A stretch of DNA of 64,000 nt from an uncultured Actinomycetes bacterium. Its GTDB lineage: Bacteria > Actinomycetota > Thermoleophilia > UBA2241. A program made the position numbers and the translations under genes. Positions 9,132-19,212 of this stretch are shown here, in pieces. The DNA is taken from the NCBI GenBank assembly GCA_963725665.1, contig CAVRZA010000006.1, forward strand, positions 514,069 through 578,068. Reading direction: 5' to 3'. The notes below the pieces were generated by a model. That model was not told the DNA's origin, ran no database searches, and worked only from the letters and a program-made list of their open reading frames with translations. Numbering within the stretch: position 1 is the first letter of the stretch; each line of letters opens with the position of its first letter.

Positions 9132-9317
9132 TCAGAAGCAGCCGAGCTGGCAGGCGATGATCTTGATGCCGAGCTCGTTGCAGCTCTTGCCGACTTCGGC
9201 CAGCGAGACCTCGAGGTCGTTGGCGATCTTGAACGCCTCGGGGCACGGAAGTCGCTTCTCCTCACCGGAACGCGCCTTCAGGACCTCTATCAGTCTGGGG
9301 ATATTGCCGGCGACCAT
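9132..9317 (-). CDS. Small conserved Cys-containing protein (LPCxxAFxIA...CQLGCF family)
   Basis: LPCPEAFKIANDLEVSLAEVGKSCNELGIKIIACQLGCF; ATG lies 8 nt after TACACT. Confidence 0.75.
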   Translation of the reverse strand: MVAGNIPRLIEVLKARSGEEKRLPCPEAFKIANDLEVSLAEVGKSCNELGIKIIACQLGCF

Positions 9318-9425
9318 GGCGCCCAAGTGTAGCAGCCGTCGGCCGCGCCTGCTACAAGTTGGCGCAACACCCGCGTCGCGCTTGGCCGTCTCGGCGTGAC
9401 CGTCAGGCGGCGGTCTCGGCCAGGC

Positions 9426-9662
9426 TCATCCGCCGCCGATGTGTGGGAAGAGGGCGACCTCGTCGCCGGCCTTCAGCGGCGACGAGAGCGTGCCGTGCAG
9501 CCCGTTTACCAGGATCAGCCCGACCGCGGCCGGCGGCAGCTCGAGGCCGGCGACGAGGTCGCCCACCGACGCCGCCGACGCCGCCGCCTGGGCGACACTT
9601 CGCCCGACCCGTTCGTCGAGGCCCCCGAACAGCCGCACCGTGATCGCCGCGTTCTCGCCCAT
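9426..9662 (-). CDS. MoaD/ThiS family sulfur-carrier protein
   Basis: ITVRLFGGL...ILVNG...LKAGDEVALFPHIGGG, ending in GG. Confidence 0.88.
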   Translation of the reverse strand: MGENAAITVRLFGGLDERVGRSVAQAAASAASVGDLVAGLELPPAAVGLILVNGLHGTLSSPLKAGDEVALFPHIGGG

Positions 9663-9811
9663 CGTCCCATTGTAGCCCGGGCCGGCGGTGCGCAGTCTCA
9701 TTCTCTTCCCTGCGTGTGCCGATAGAGAGGGGGACGACCGAAGCGGGCGAAGCCGCCCTGCACCAGGGGGTCGCGGGCGGTCGCGGGGATGACGGAGTGT
9801 CCCTTGGACAG

Positions 9812-10744
9812 ATGAGCGAAGAAGAACACGTCGTGGCGCCGGCGAAGGCCGACCCGAAGAGCAACGGATCCGACAGCGACGCCCTCAGGCAGCTTGAGAA
9901 GATCCTCCTGGCCAAAGTCGACGACGCCGTCAACGGCATCCAGCGCAAGCGGCTCGCCGATGGGCCCCGCGAGCACCTGGAGGTGCTGCGCGCGCTCCTC
10001 AAGGCTCAGGTGAGCGCCTACGTCGAGCACTTCGTCACCAAGGCGACCCTGTTCTCGCACACATCGACCATGTACGCCGGAGAGGTCGGCACGCCGGGCG
10101 TCATCTCGACCACGCTGCGCGGGCTCATCGAGGGCCATACCCTCACCACCTCCCAGGCCAAGCTGCTCGCCCGCTGCGTGGCCGAGCGACGGACGCTCAT
10201 CGTCTTCGGCGATCGGGCAACGGGGAAGTCGACCCTCCTAAACGCGCTGTTCGAGCTCATCTCGGTCGACGAGCGCTTCGTCTCGGTCGAGCGCGACGCC
10301 CACTTGCCGGCCTTGAAGCAGCGCTCGTTCTGCGTTCGCCTCACGATGGACGACGACACCGACATCGCCGCCCTGTTCGCCAAGACGGAGAAGATGCAGC
10401 CCAGCAGGCTGGTCGTGGGCGAGCTCCACGGCGACGAGATCCTGCACTTCTTCGACCTGCTCTATCGCAATGCGAAGGTCGGCGGCATGGCGACCCTGCG
10501 CGCGGATTCGGTGCGCGAGGCGGTCGAGCTCCTGCTGGCGCATCTCGAGCCGGAGCTCGAACGCGAGCCGGCGCGCCGCCTGCTCGCCCAGACCAAACCG
10601 GTCTTCGCCCACATGTGCAGCGACGAGCACGGGTGTCCGCGTCTCGCCGCGGTCTGGAGCGTCGCGGGGCTCGACAACGAGGGCGAGCTCCTGCTCCGCG
10701 AGGAGACGGCCGAGGCCTCCGCCCAGCTCGTCGCGGAAGCCTAA
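9812..10744 (+). CDS. CpaF/TadA/VirB11-like secretion ATPase (stand-alone)
   Basis: Walker A GDRATGKSTLLNAL, ERFVSVE Asp-box region, PSRLVVGELHGDE Walker B, GGMATLRADS. Confidence 0.75.
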   Translation: MSEEEHVVAPAKADPKSNGSDSDALRQLEKILLAKVDDAVNGIQRKRLADGPREHLEVLRALLKAQVSAYVEHFVTKATLFSHTSTMYAGEVGTPGVISTTLRGLIEGHTLTTSQAKLLARCVAERRTLIVFGDRATGKSTLLNALFELISVDERFVSVERDAHLPALKQRSFCVRLTMDDDTDIAALFAKTEKMQPSRLVVGELHGDEILHFFDLLYRNAKVGGMATLRADSVREAVELLLAHLEPELEREPARRLLAQTKPVFAHMCSDEHGCPRLAAVWSVAGLDNEGELLLREETAEASAQLVAEA

Positions 10745-10923
10745 GCTCGCGCGTAGACCTCGGGCCGGGCGGAGGCCTCGGCCCGTTCGCAGGCCCCAGA
10801 CCAACCGCAGGCCTCAGCCGTCTGTCGTCCACGCGCGAGGCCGGCCAATGTCCACTCGCATCGACCGCCGCGGCCTAGTCCGCCAGGGCCCACGGTCCTA
10901 TCCTTGAGTGCGTCGCACCGGAC

Positions 10924-10932
10924 TGGTATAGT
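10924..10932 (+). promoter_or_regulatory. Extended -10 promoter element for the rpsF operon
   Basis: TGG-TATAGT upstream of the S6:S18 leader. Confidence 0.5.
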
Positions 10933-10980
10933 GCCGGGGTTTGCCGCCGTCCGGCGGCTTTGCCGCCTTTACGGCGGCAT

Positions 10981-11030
10981 CACCCCTGCTCCAGCAGAGA
11001 GGCTGGGGCCGCCTGAGACCGCAGGAGGTG
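10981..11030 (+). ncRNA. S6:S18 ribosomal protein leader RNA (autogenous control)
   Basis: CACC-CCUGC pairs with GCAGG-A-GGUG, which sequesters the SD. Inner hairpin UCCAGC/GCUGGG is followed by the conserved CCG loop. Directly upstream of rpsF. Confidence 0.8.
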
Positions 11031-11036
11031 AGTCTT

Positions 11037-11336
11037 CTGAACAAGTATGAGCTCATGCTCATCATCGACCCCGGCGCGGAGGACGATCGCAAGGCCGAGA
11101 TCGTCGACCGAGTGCGCGCTACCATCGAGAAGGCCAAGGGCAAAGTGGCCGGCGCCGACGAGTGGGGCAAGCGCAAGCTGGCCTACGAGATCAAGGGCCA
11201 GACCGAAGGCATCTACAGCCTCGTCACCTTCAACGCCACGCCCGCGGCCCTCAGCGAGGTCGAGCGCGTGCTGGGCATCACCGACGACGTCCTGCGCTTC
11301 ATGACGGTGCGGCTCGACGCAAGAAGTCAGAGCTAG
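11037..11336 (+). CDS. rpsF: 30S ribosomal protein S6 (probable CTG start)
   Basis: NKYELMLIIDP...WGKRKLAYEIKG...VLRFMTV. Confidence 0.95.
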   Translation: MNKYELMLIIDPGAEDDRKAEIVDRVRATIEKAKGKVAGADEWGKRKLAYEIKGQTEGIYSLVTFNATPAALSEVERVLGITDDVLRFMTVRLDARSQS

Positions 11337-11353
11337 TCCGAAGGGAGAGCAGC

Positions 11354-11800
11354 ATGGCCGGATCGATCAACCGCGTCATCCTCGTCGGCAACCTCACGCG
11401 AGATCCCGAGTTGAGGGCAGCCGGCAGCACGAGCGTGTGCACCATGCGCATCGCCGTCAACGACCGCGTCAAGGACCCCGCCACGGGCGAGTGGGGAGAC
11501 CGGCCCAACTACTTCGACGTCGACGTCTTCGGAGCGCAGGGCGAGCGCTGCAGTCAGTGGCTGAGTAAAGGCCGGCAGGTCGCCGTCGAGGGCAAGTTGC
11601 GCTACCGCGAGTGGGAGTCGCAGGAGGGCCAGAAGCGCTCCGCCGTCTCGGTCGTGGCCGACAACGTGCAGTTCATCGGGCCGCGCGAGGGCGCGGCCGC
11701 CGCGGGCGGCCGCGCACAAGGCGGCCCGGGCGTCGGCTTCACCGACGACTTCCCGGTCGACCAGACCGACGCCGCCGACGAAGACGACATCCCGTTCTGA
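11354..11800 (+). CDS. ssb: Single-stranded DNA-binding protein
   Basis: INRVILVGNLTRDPELR...DDIPF. Confidence 0.97.
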   Translation: MAGSINRVILVGNLTRDPELRAAGSTSVCTMRIAVNDRVKDPATGEWGDRPNYFDVDVFGAQGERCSQWLSKGRQVAVEGKLRYREWESQEGQKRSAVSVVADNVQFIGPREGAAAAGGRAQGGPGVGFTDDFPVDQTDAADEDDIPF

Positions 11801-11902
11801 GACAGAGCGCTGCGGGCCCGCACCGAGGCGTCCGCACAAGGTATGTGAGTCGATCGCGCGGCGGTCCGGACCTGTGACCGCCGCGCGATGAGAGGACAGC
11901 GA

Positions 11903-12163
11903 ATGGCACGCCAGAGGTTGCGCGGCCGCGATGGGACGAAGCCGCCAAGTGCGGGGTCGCGGCGGCGCCACTGCTTCTTCTGCAAGGAGAAGATCGAAGA
12001 CGTCGACTGGAAGGACCACGGCCTCCTGCGACGTTTCATGAGCGACAAGGGCAAGATCCGTTCGGGGCGCGTCACCGGCGCCTGCCGCCGCCACCAGGTT
12101 CAGGTCGGCAGCGCCATCAAGCGCGCCCGCGAGATGGCGCTCCTGCCCCACGCCACCCGTTAG
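11903..12163 (+). CDS. rpsR: 30S ribosomal protein S18 (Zn-binding C+ form)
   Basis: HCFFCKEK...DWKD...[16 protein letters not shown]...[12 protein letters not shown]. Confidence 0.96.
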   Translation: MARQRLRGRDGTKPPSAGSRRRHCFFCKEKIEDVDWKDHGLLRRFMSDKGKIRSGRVTGACRRHQVQVGSAIKRAREMALLPHATR

Positions 12164-12171
12164 GAGACGTC

Positions 12172-12618
12172 ATGGAAGTGATCCTGCTGCAAGACGTGGA
12201 GACCCTGGGAGAGAAGGGCACGCTGGCCAACGTGAGCAAGGGCTACGCGCGCAACTTCCTGCTGCCGAAGGGCTTGGCCGAGGTCGCGACGCCGGGCAAG
12301 ATCGCCGAGTTCAGGCGCCGCGAGGACGAACGCCAGTACCACGAGCGGCGCCTCGTCGAGCAAGCGTCCGACATCGCCTCCACCCTCAACAGGACGGTGC
12401 TCACGATCCCCGCGCACGCGGGCGAGGGCGAGCGCCTCTACGGCTCGATCACCGCGGCCGACGTCGCCGACGCCATCTGGGAAGCGCGCAAGCTGCGCGT
12501 CGACAAGCGCAAGGTGCGCCTCGACGAGCCTATCAAGAGCCTCGGCACCTACATGATCGACGTCGAGCTGGCGGAGGGCGTGGTCGTCGCCGTCAAGACG
12601 ATGGTGGTGCCCGAGTAG
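12172..12618 (+). CDS. rplI: 50S ribosomal protein L9
   Basis: MEVILLQDVETLG...GYARNFLLPKG...LYGSIT...PIKSLG. Confidence 0.97.
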   Translation: MEVILLQDVETLGEKGTLANVSKGYARNFLLPKGLAEVATPGKIAEFRRREDERQYHERRLVEQASDIASTLNRTVLTIPAHAGEGERLYGSITAADVADAIWEARKLRVDKRKVRLDEPIKSLGTYMIDVELAEGVVVAVKTMVVPE

Positions 12619-12796
12619 GACAGTCACCTGGCCGCCGGCACGGTCGTCGGCGACCACTGTGATCACCGGCCACAGTGTACGCGGGGCGGCCGCCGGTCGC
12701 CGCCCAAGATGCGTCCGCCGAGTGTGCCATTCTGGCCTATAGAAACCCGGCCCTCGAGTCCGTAGACTCTGCCTTCTATCACTACGCGGAGGAGTC

Positions 12797-15406
12797 TTGG
12801 CGGTACGCAACATCGAGCAGGTCCTCGGCCACGTCCCCCCGCACAACCTCGAGGCCGAGGAGTCTGTGCTAGGGGCGATGGTGATCAGCCCCAACGCCAT
12901 CGTCGCCGTCACCGAGATCCTCAGCCCCGACGACTTCTACCGCGACTCGCACCGGGCCATCTACCGCTGCATCCTCGCCCTCTACGCGCGCGGCGACGAG
13001 GTCGATGCGGTCACGCTGAGCGCCGAGCTCGAGCATGAGGGCATCCTCGAGAAGGTCGGCGGCAAGGCCACCGTGCACACGCTCGTCGAGATCGTCCCCG
13101 CAGCGGCCAACGCCCGCCAGTACGCCGAGATCGTGCGCGAGACGAGCGTGCTGCGGGCGCTCATCCAGGTGGGCCAGGAGATCGCCGAGCTCGGTTACCA
13201 GCACCCCGACGAGTCGACCAGCCTGCTCGACAAGTGCGAGCAGAAGGTCTTCGCCATCTCGCAGCAGCGGCGCACGAGCGAGTTCGCGCACATCCGCGAC
13301 ATCCTCAAGCGCAACTTCGAGCGCATCGAGCTGCTGCAGAAGGACGCCAGCGTCAGCGGACTCGCCTGCGGCTTCCCCGGCATCGACCGGCTTACGGGCG
13401 GCTTCCAGCCGTCGAACCTCGTCGTGCTCGCCGCCCGTCCCAGCATGGGCAAAACGTCGCTGGCCCTCAACATCGCCCACAACGTGGCCGTCGAGGGCAA
13501 GGCGCCGGTGGCCGTCTTCAGCCTCGAGATGAGCTCGCAGGAGCTCGGTGAGCGCATGATCTGCTCGGCGGCGCGCGTGAGCTCCCACAAGGTGCGCACG
13601 GGCGCGCTGTCGGGCGACGACTACGCGAAGCTCATCCAGGTGGTGGGCGAGCTCGAGAAGGCCGACATCTTCATCGACGATTCGGCCGGGCTCAACATGT
13701 TCGAGCTGCGCGCCAAGGCGCGGCGTCTCGCGGCCAAGAAGCCGCTCGGGCTCGTTATCGTCGACTACCTGCAGCTGATGATGGGCGACGGGCGGGCCGA
13801 GAACCGCCAGCAAGAGGTGGCCGCCATCTCCCGCTCGCTCAAGCAGCTGGCGCGCGAGCTCGAGATCCCCGTCATCGCCGTCTCGCAGCTCAACCGCTCG
13901 CCCGAGGTGCGCCAGGACAAGCGGCCGCAGCTCAGCGACCTGAGAGAGTGTCTCGCCGGCGATACACTCGTCACCATCAGTGGCACGGGTGACCGCGTGC
14001 CGTTCCGCGACTTGGCAGGAGAGAAGGATGTCGCGGTCTGGTCGCTCGATTCCCACCTGCATCTGCGCCAGGGGGTCATGACAGAGGCTTGGCAGACCGG
14101 TAGACGCAGCATTCAACGCCTCGTTCTCGCCTCCGGAAGAGAGATCTCGGCCACTGAGAACCATCCCTTCCTCACCGTGAACGGCTGGCGGTCGGTGTCG
14201 TCCTTGCGTGCGGGGGACTGCCTCGCGGCGGCCCGCTCGATTCCCGAAGCCTTCAGCCCCCAGACGCGAGAAGACCACGAGCTCGTCCTTCTCGCACACC
14301 TTCTCGGCGATGGCTGCACGAGTCGCAGCCCCGTCTACTACTGCTCATCTGATGAGGCGTGCCTGGCAGCTGTGGAGAAGGCCGCTGATCGCATGGGCGT
14401 CTCGACATCGCGCACACAAGGCCGTGGCGTGACCTATGTGCACTTCCCGATGAAGGGCCCGGCGGGAAGAGGCCTCACGAGCCCACTGTACGACTGGCTG
14501 CGCGCGCACGGGCTGTACGGCAAGCGCGCTCACGAGAAGCGTCTGCCACCGTTTGTCCATCGACTGTCGGACTCGCAGGCTCGACTTTTCTTGCGCCACC
14601 TGTGGGCAACGGATGGGTCTGTGACAACGGCTTCGTCAGGCCGCGTAAGGATCTACTACGCCACGACAAGCGAGGATCTCGCTCGCGACCTGGCCACGCT
14701 CCTTCTGCGGCTGGGAATCGGCGCCCGCCTGCGGTCCGTGAGCAGTGAAGGAAACCGGCGGATATGGACGGTCGACGTCTCTGGCCGTGGTGACCAACTG
14801 ACGTTTCTTGCCGCCGTGGGCGTGCACGGAGTACGAGGAGAGCAGGCCAAGCAGGCGAGCCGGGCACTACGCGGCGTGGGCAATCCGAACGCCGATGTCA
14901 TACCGCCAGAAGCTTGGAATCACGTACGTGGAGCGATGCGAGCAGAGGGCGTAACGACGAGGGAGTTGGCGCGACGGCTGGGGATGGCCTACTGCGGAAG
15001 CAAGCTATATCGGGCTGGTCTGTCGCGGTCGCGAATGGCCCGCGTCGCTGCGGCGGTTCCCTGCGACTACCTGAGCGACCTTGCCTCATCGGATGTCCGC
15101 TGGGACCGCATCGTCTCGTCAAAGCCAGCAGGGACGGTCGATGTCTACGACGCCCGCGTGCCGCAGACCCACTCGTTCCTCGCGAACGATCTTGTTTCGC
15201 ACAACTCGGGCGCAATCGAACAAGACGCCGACCTCGTCATGTTCATCCACTCCGACCCCAAGGACGAGACCAAGCGCGGCACGGTCGAGGTCATCATCGC
15301 CAAGCACCGCAACGGACCCACGGGCACGGTGCGCCTCGGCTTCGTCAGCGACTACACGCGCTTCCGCCATCTGAGCACTGAGGAAGAGCGGCGCTACGAA
15401 GGCTGA
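12797..15406 (+). CDS. dnaB: Replicative DNA helicase DnaB containing an intein
   Basis: PPHNLEAEESVLG, AARPSMGKT, IVDYLQLM, SQLNR, SDLRE|...|SGAIEQDAD and IAKHRNGPTG motifs. Confidence 0.97.
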   Translation: MAVRNIEQVLGHVPPHNLEAEESVLGAMVISPNAIVAVTEILSPDDFYRDSHRAIYRCILALYARGDEVDAVTLSAELEHEGILEKVGGKATVHTLVEIVPAAANARQYAEIVRETSVLRALIQVGQEIAELGYQHPDESTSLLDKCEQKVFAISQQRRTSEFAHIRDILKRNFERIELLQKDASVSGLACGFPGIDRLTGGFQPSNLVVLAARPSMGKTSLALNIAHNVAVEGKAPVAVFSLEMSSQELGERMICSAARVSSHKVRTGALSGDDYAKLIQVVGELEKADIFIDDSAGLNMFELRAKARRLAAKKPLGLVIVDYLQLMMGDGRAENRQQEVAAISRSLKQLARELEIPVIAVSQLNRSPEVRQDKRPQLSDLRECLAGDTLVTISGTGDRVPFRDLAGEKDVAVWSLDSHLHLRQGVMTEAWQTGRRSIQRLVLASGREISATENHPFLTVNGWRSVSSLRAGDCLAAARSIPEAFSPQTREDHELVLLAHLLGDGCTSRSPVYYCSSDEACLAAVEKAADRMGVSTSRTQGRGVTYVHFPMKGPAGRGLTSPLYDWLRAHGLYGKRAHEKRLPPFVHRLSDSQARLFLRHLWATDGSVTTASSGRVRIYYATTSEDLARDLATLLLRLGIGARLRSVSSEGNRRIWTVDVSGRGDQLTFLAAVGVHGVRGEQAKQASRALRGVGNPNADVIPPEAWNHVRGAMRAEGVTTRELARRLGMAYCGSKLYRAGLSRSRMARVAAAVPCDYLSDLASSDVRWDRIVSSKPAGTVDVYDARVPQTHSFLANDLVSHNSGAIEQDADLVMFIHSDPKDETKRGTVEVIIAKHRNGPTGTVRLGFVSDYTRFRHLSTEEERRYEG
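13949..15205 (+). mobile_element. 419-aa intein with LAGLIDADG homing endonuclease
   Basis: Starts CLAGDT; block B ATENHPF; LAGLIDADG-like LLAHLLGDG and FLRHLWATDG; block F VYD; ends SHN followed by Ser+1. Confidence 0.95.
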
Positions 15407-15452
15407 CGCCGCTCCTGCCCGGCGATAGGTCCGCGAGACCAGCGAGGTGTCC

Positions 15453-16286
15453 ATGAGCCACGTGATGTTAAACGGAGCGCTCCTCGACGAACGCGAGGCG
15501 ACGGTCTCGGCCCTCGATCAGGGCCTCACCCACGGCGTCGGGCTGTACGAGACGATCAAGATCGCCGATCGGGCCTGCGCCTTCTTCGACGAACATTCCG
15601 GGCGCCTCGAGAAGGGTCTCGCCGCGCTGCACATCCCGTGCCCGTTCACCCGCGACGACCTCGCGCGACAGATCCTCGCGGTGGCCGCCGGCAACGACGT
15701 CCGCGATGGGGCGTGCCGGCTGCTCGTCACGGCGGGACCGCCCTGGGGCGAGCCGACGCTGCTCGTGCAGACCGATGTGCGCGTCTTTCCGGAGCGCCCG
15801 CTCACCGCGATCTCCTACCGCATCGCGCGCGCGGCGGCGGCGTTCAAATCGAACAGCTTCGTGCCCTCGCTGGTCGCCAAACGGGCAGCCGAGGCGGCCG
15901 GCGCCGACGACGCGATCTTCGTCGACGACGACGGCCGCATCCTCGAAGCCACCACGGCGAACTGCTTCGTGCACCGCGGCGGTGTCCTCACGACGCCGCC
16001 CCTCGATGGCTCGATCCTCCCCGGTGTCATCAGGGGCAAGATCATGGAGCTCGCCGAGGCCGACGGCATGGCTGTGGCCGAGCGGCACATCCGCATCAGC
16101 GAGCTGACGCCCAACGACAGCGTGCTGCTCACGAGCAGCGTGCGTGGCATCGTGCTCGTGTCGTCGGTCGATGGAGTGCCCCTGCGGCTCGATGAGGACC
16201 TGCGAAGGCGGCTACGCTCGCTCCTCGGCGCAGCCGAGCGGACGAGCGCAGCCGCCTTCGCCGAGCGCTACGGCGTCAGGGCCTGA
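15453..16286 (+). CDS. Class IV PLP aminotransferase (IlvE/PabC-like)
   Basis: DQGLTHGVGLYET, FKSNSF, ILEATTAN, ILPGVIR and LTSSVRGI motifs. Confidence 0.88.
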   Translation: MSHVMLNGALLDEREATVSALDQGLTHGVGLYETIKIADRACAFFDEHSGRLEKGLAALHIPCPFTRDDLARQILAVAAGNDVRDGACRLLVTAGPPWGEPTLLVQTDVRVFPERPLTAISYRIARAAAAFKSNSFVPSLVAKRAAEAAGADDAIFVDDDGRILEATTANCFVHRGGVLTTPPLDGSILPGVIRGKIMELAEADGMAVAERHIRISELTPNDSVLLTSSVRGIVLVSSVDGVPLRLDEDLRRRLRSLLGAAERTSAAAFAERYGVRA

Positions 16287-16366
16287 CCGAACGCCGTCCG
16301 CAGGCGCAGAGCGCGGTCATCGCTGTCGCGACGCCGTCTGGCGAAGCCCTCCTGAGACGCGCCTGC

Positions 16367-17237
16367 CTACGCCGTCACCCGGCGCAGCGCCTCCCGGTAC
16401 TTCTCGGCCGTCTTCGCCACGATCTCGGGCGGCAATTCGGGCACCGGCGGCTGCTTGTCCCAGCCGATAGCTCTCGAGGTAGTCGCGCACGAACTGCTTG
16501 TCGTAGCTCGGCTGCGGCTTGCCCGGCTCGTAGGTGTCGGCCGGCCAGAAGCGCGACGAGTCGGGGGTGAGCGCCTCGTCGATGAGGATGAGCTCCCCGT
16601 CGAGCAGGCCGAACTCGAACTTGGTGTCGGCAATGATGATGCCCCGCTGGCGCGCGTAGTCGGCGGCGAAGGAGTAGAGCGCCAGCGAAGCGTCGCACAC
16701 CTTGGCCGCCAGTTCCGGGCCGAGCAAATCGATCGTCTTCTCGAAGGGGATGTTCTCGTCGTGGGTGCCGGCCTCGGCCTTGGTCGACGGCGTGTAGATC
16801 GGTTCGGGCAGCTTGCTCGACTCGACCAGCCCCCCAGGCAGCGCGATGCCGCACACCGTCCCCTGGGCGCGGTACTCCTTGAGCCCTGAGCCGGCGAGGT
16901 AGCCACGGACGATGGCCTCGACCGGCAGCGGGCGGGCGCTCTTCACAACGATGGAGCGCCCCCGCAGGTGCTCCTTCGCGGCGTCGCGGGCGAAGGGGTC
17001 GCGGTCGACGAGATGGTTGGCGATGATGCCGGCCGTCTTGTCGAACCAGAAGTTCGAGAGCTGGGTGAGGACCTCGCCCTTGCCGGGGATCGGCGTCGGG
17101 AGCACGTAGTCGAAGGCCGAGATGCGGTCGGTGGCCACGATGAGCAGGTCACCTTCGGCAAGGCGGTAGACGTCGCGCACCTTGCCGCGGTTGACCAGCG
17201 TGAGGTCGCTCTCGTTCGACTCGAGCATCGCGCTCAT
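16367..17237 (-). CDS. purC: SAICAR synthetase (1-nt frameshift near 16470)
   Basis: RGKVRDVY, TDRISAFD, IIADTKFEFG, TPDSSRFW and SYDKQFVRDYL. The C-terminus IGWDKQPPVPELP...KYREAL is in an adjacent frame. Confidence 0.95.
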
Positions 17238-17316
17238 CGACTTCCCTCTCCTTCCGTCGCGCTCATCTGCCTCTCGCTCCCTTAGTCTGGCCCGTCTCTT
17301 CCCCGCCCCTTCTCGG

Positions 17317-19108
17317 TCAGCCGCTCGTCGAATCGCTCTTTGCTCCCCTGAGCTGGATCACCGCCAGCAGCGCCTCGGCCGCCTCGCGCGGCCCGCTGCT
17401 CTCGCGCCCGGGAACGCCGAGGCGGGTGCGTAGCTGGCCGACGAAGACGCCGGCGTCAAAGGCGGCTGCGAACGTCTTCGTGGCGATCTCGTCGTGTTGC
17501 TCGACCCGCTGTGCGGGCCCGAAGATGTTGGCGAAGTAGTTGCGCACGAGGCCGGTCGAGGTGGTCGTGCCCTTCGACATCGCCACGCCCTCGCGGAACA
17601 CCCGCAAGGCCGCGTCCGCGTCGCCGAAGCGCTCGACGATGGGGTGGCCGGCGTCGACCTCCTCGTGGTTGTTCGCATACAGGAGCAGGTCGACGGGATA
17701 CCCGTGCAGCACCTCCTCGAGCGTGGTCACCGGCAGCACGACGCGCGCGTTCACCTTCTGCGGGCTCATGATGATGGCGCGATCGACCTGGCCGAACGCG
17801 TAGCCCCGCTGCAGGTCGTCGAGGCGCACGAAGGCGCCGATCTCGCTGCCGTACCCGAGCAGGCCCCGACCCGGCTCGACCTTGAGCGAGCCCATGTCGT
17901 CGGCGATCACACGCAGCTCGGCGACCTTCTCCTCACCCAGCAGGCGCAGGGCCTCGAGCGACTCCGACTTGCCGGCTCCGGTGTCGCCGATGAGCAGCAC
18001 ATTGGCCGCCGACCCGTCGCGCAGGGCGACGTGCACGAAGGCGCCGTGGAAGGGCATGCGCCCACGGCGCATGATCGCCAGGTTGTGCAGCGTGAGGACC
18101 ATCTTCTTGAGATAGCCGAAGTAGCCGAAGCGCTCCTCGAGAGGCGCGGCGGCGACGAGCAGCCCGGTGGCCGCGTCGTCGAAGAAGACCGTGGGCATAT
18201 CGCCGAAGCGCGCCAGCGTCTCGGGCGGCGCCCCGAAGACGTAGATGGCATCGGGGCCGGCCGCTATCTGGTCGTCCGAGGCGATCTCGAAGAGATTGGC
18301 CAGCGACAGGCCGAGGCTCGAGAAAGAGCTGGTGCACGAAGACGAACACGACCAGCGGACCGACGACCGCCGGATAGCAGACCCACCGGCTGCGGTCGAG
18401 CTCCACTCCGGCCAGTGGATCCTCGCGCACCTCCAAGAACCGGCCCGTGCGCGTGTTCATCGGCGGGTCCAGCAACAGCGGCGGATACATGAGCACGTGG
18501 CGCACGAAGGGGATGCCCTCTAGACGCCCGTGGTAGGGCTCGCGCGCACGCCACTCCCGGCGCACGGCGATCACGCCGACCTCGGCGCCGGCGGCGACCT
18601 GGCGGTACACGCGCGGGTGGTCGCCGGTCACGTTCTCGGCGAGGTCGCGATAGAGGTCGCGCACAAGGCCACCCAAGATCTCGACCGTGGTGTTGAAGGT
18701 CCGGTAGGGACGCCGGTCGTGCGCGTCGGGGCCGGCCTCAGAGTGCGAGATCATGAAGCGGTCGAAGCCGCGCCAGAAGTCGTAGAGCCCCTCGATGAGC
18801 TCGTGCAGCGCCCGCCGGCGCGCCAGGAGCGCCTCGCCCTCCGGGGAGGCGTTGGCGAGGCGCTCCAGCGGGTTATTGGCCAGCAGGCGCAGCCAGTCGA
18901 TCAGCCGGGCGCGCTGGCGCGCGTCGCTGCCCTCTACGCCGAGGGCCTCGAGCACCGTCGGGTTGTGCGCACGAAGGTGATCGACGTAGAGCTCGACGAC
19001 GCGCGCGAAGGCGACGCTCTCCACGAGCTCCTGCGTCGTCGAACAGACGGTGCGCTCGGTGTGGAGGACGATCTGTCCGGGGTCGACGTCGAGACGGAGC
19101 AGCGACAT
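17317..19108 (-). CDS. PEP-carboxykinase-like/HPr-kinase-superfamily P-loop protein (frameshift near 18320)
   Basis: Two ORFs join into about 590 aa: PRVYRQVAAG...LGLSLANLFEI...YFGYLKKMVLTLHN...PFHGA...GDTGAGKSESLEA...IADDMGS...GSEIGAFVRLDDL. Confidence 0.7.
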
Positions 19109-19212
19109 GGCCGCAAGACTACCACGGGCCGCTGGGAGCGACGCATGGCGAGCGGACGCGAGTGAGCGGCTACAAACCCGTCCGCTCGAGACGGCCGTGC
19201 GAGCGGCTCCGC

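Noticed and set aside
12620-12796. DnaA boxes or replication origin upstream of dnaB
   Set aside because: No TT(A/G)TCCACA matches; only a CACTGTG/CACAGTG inverted repeat.
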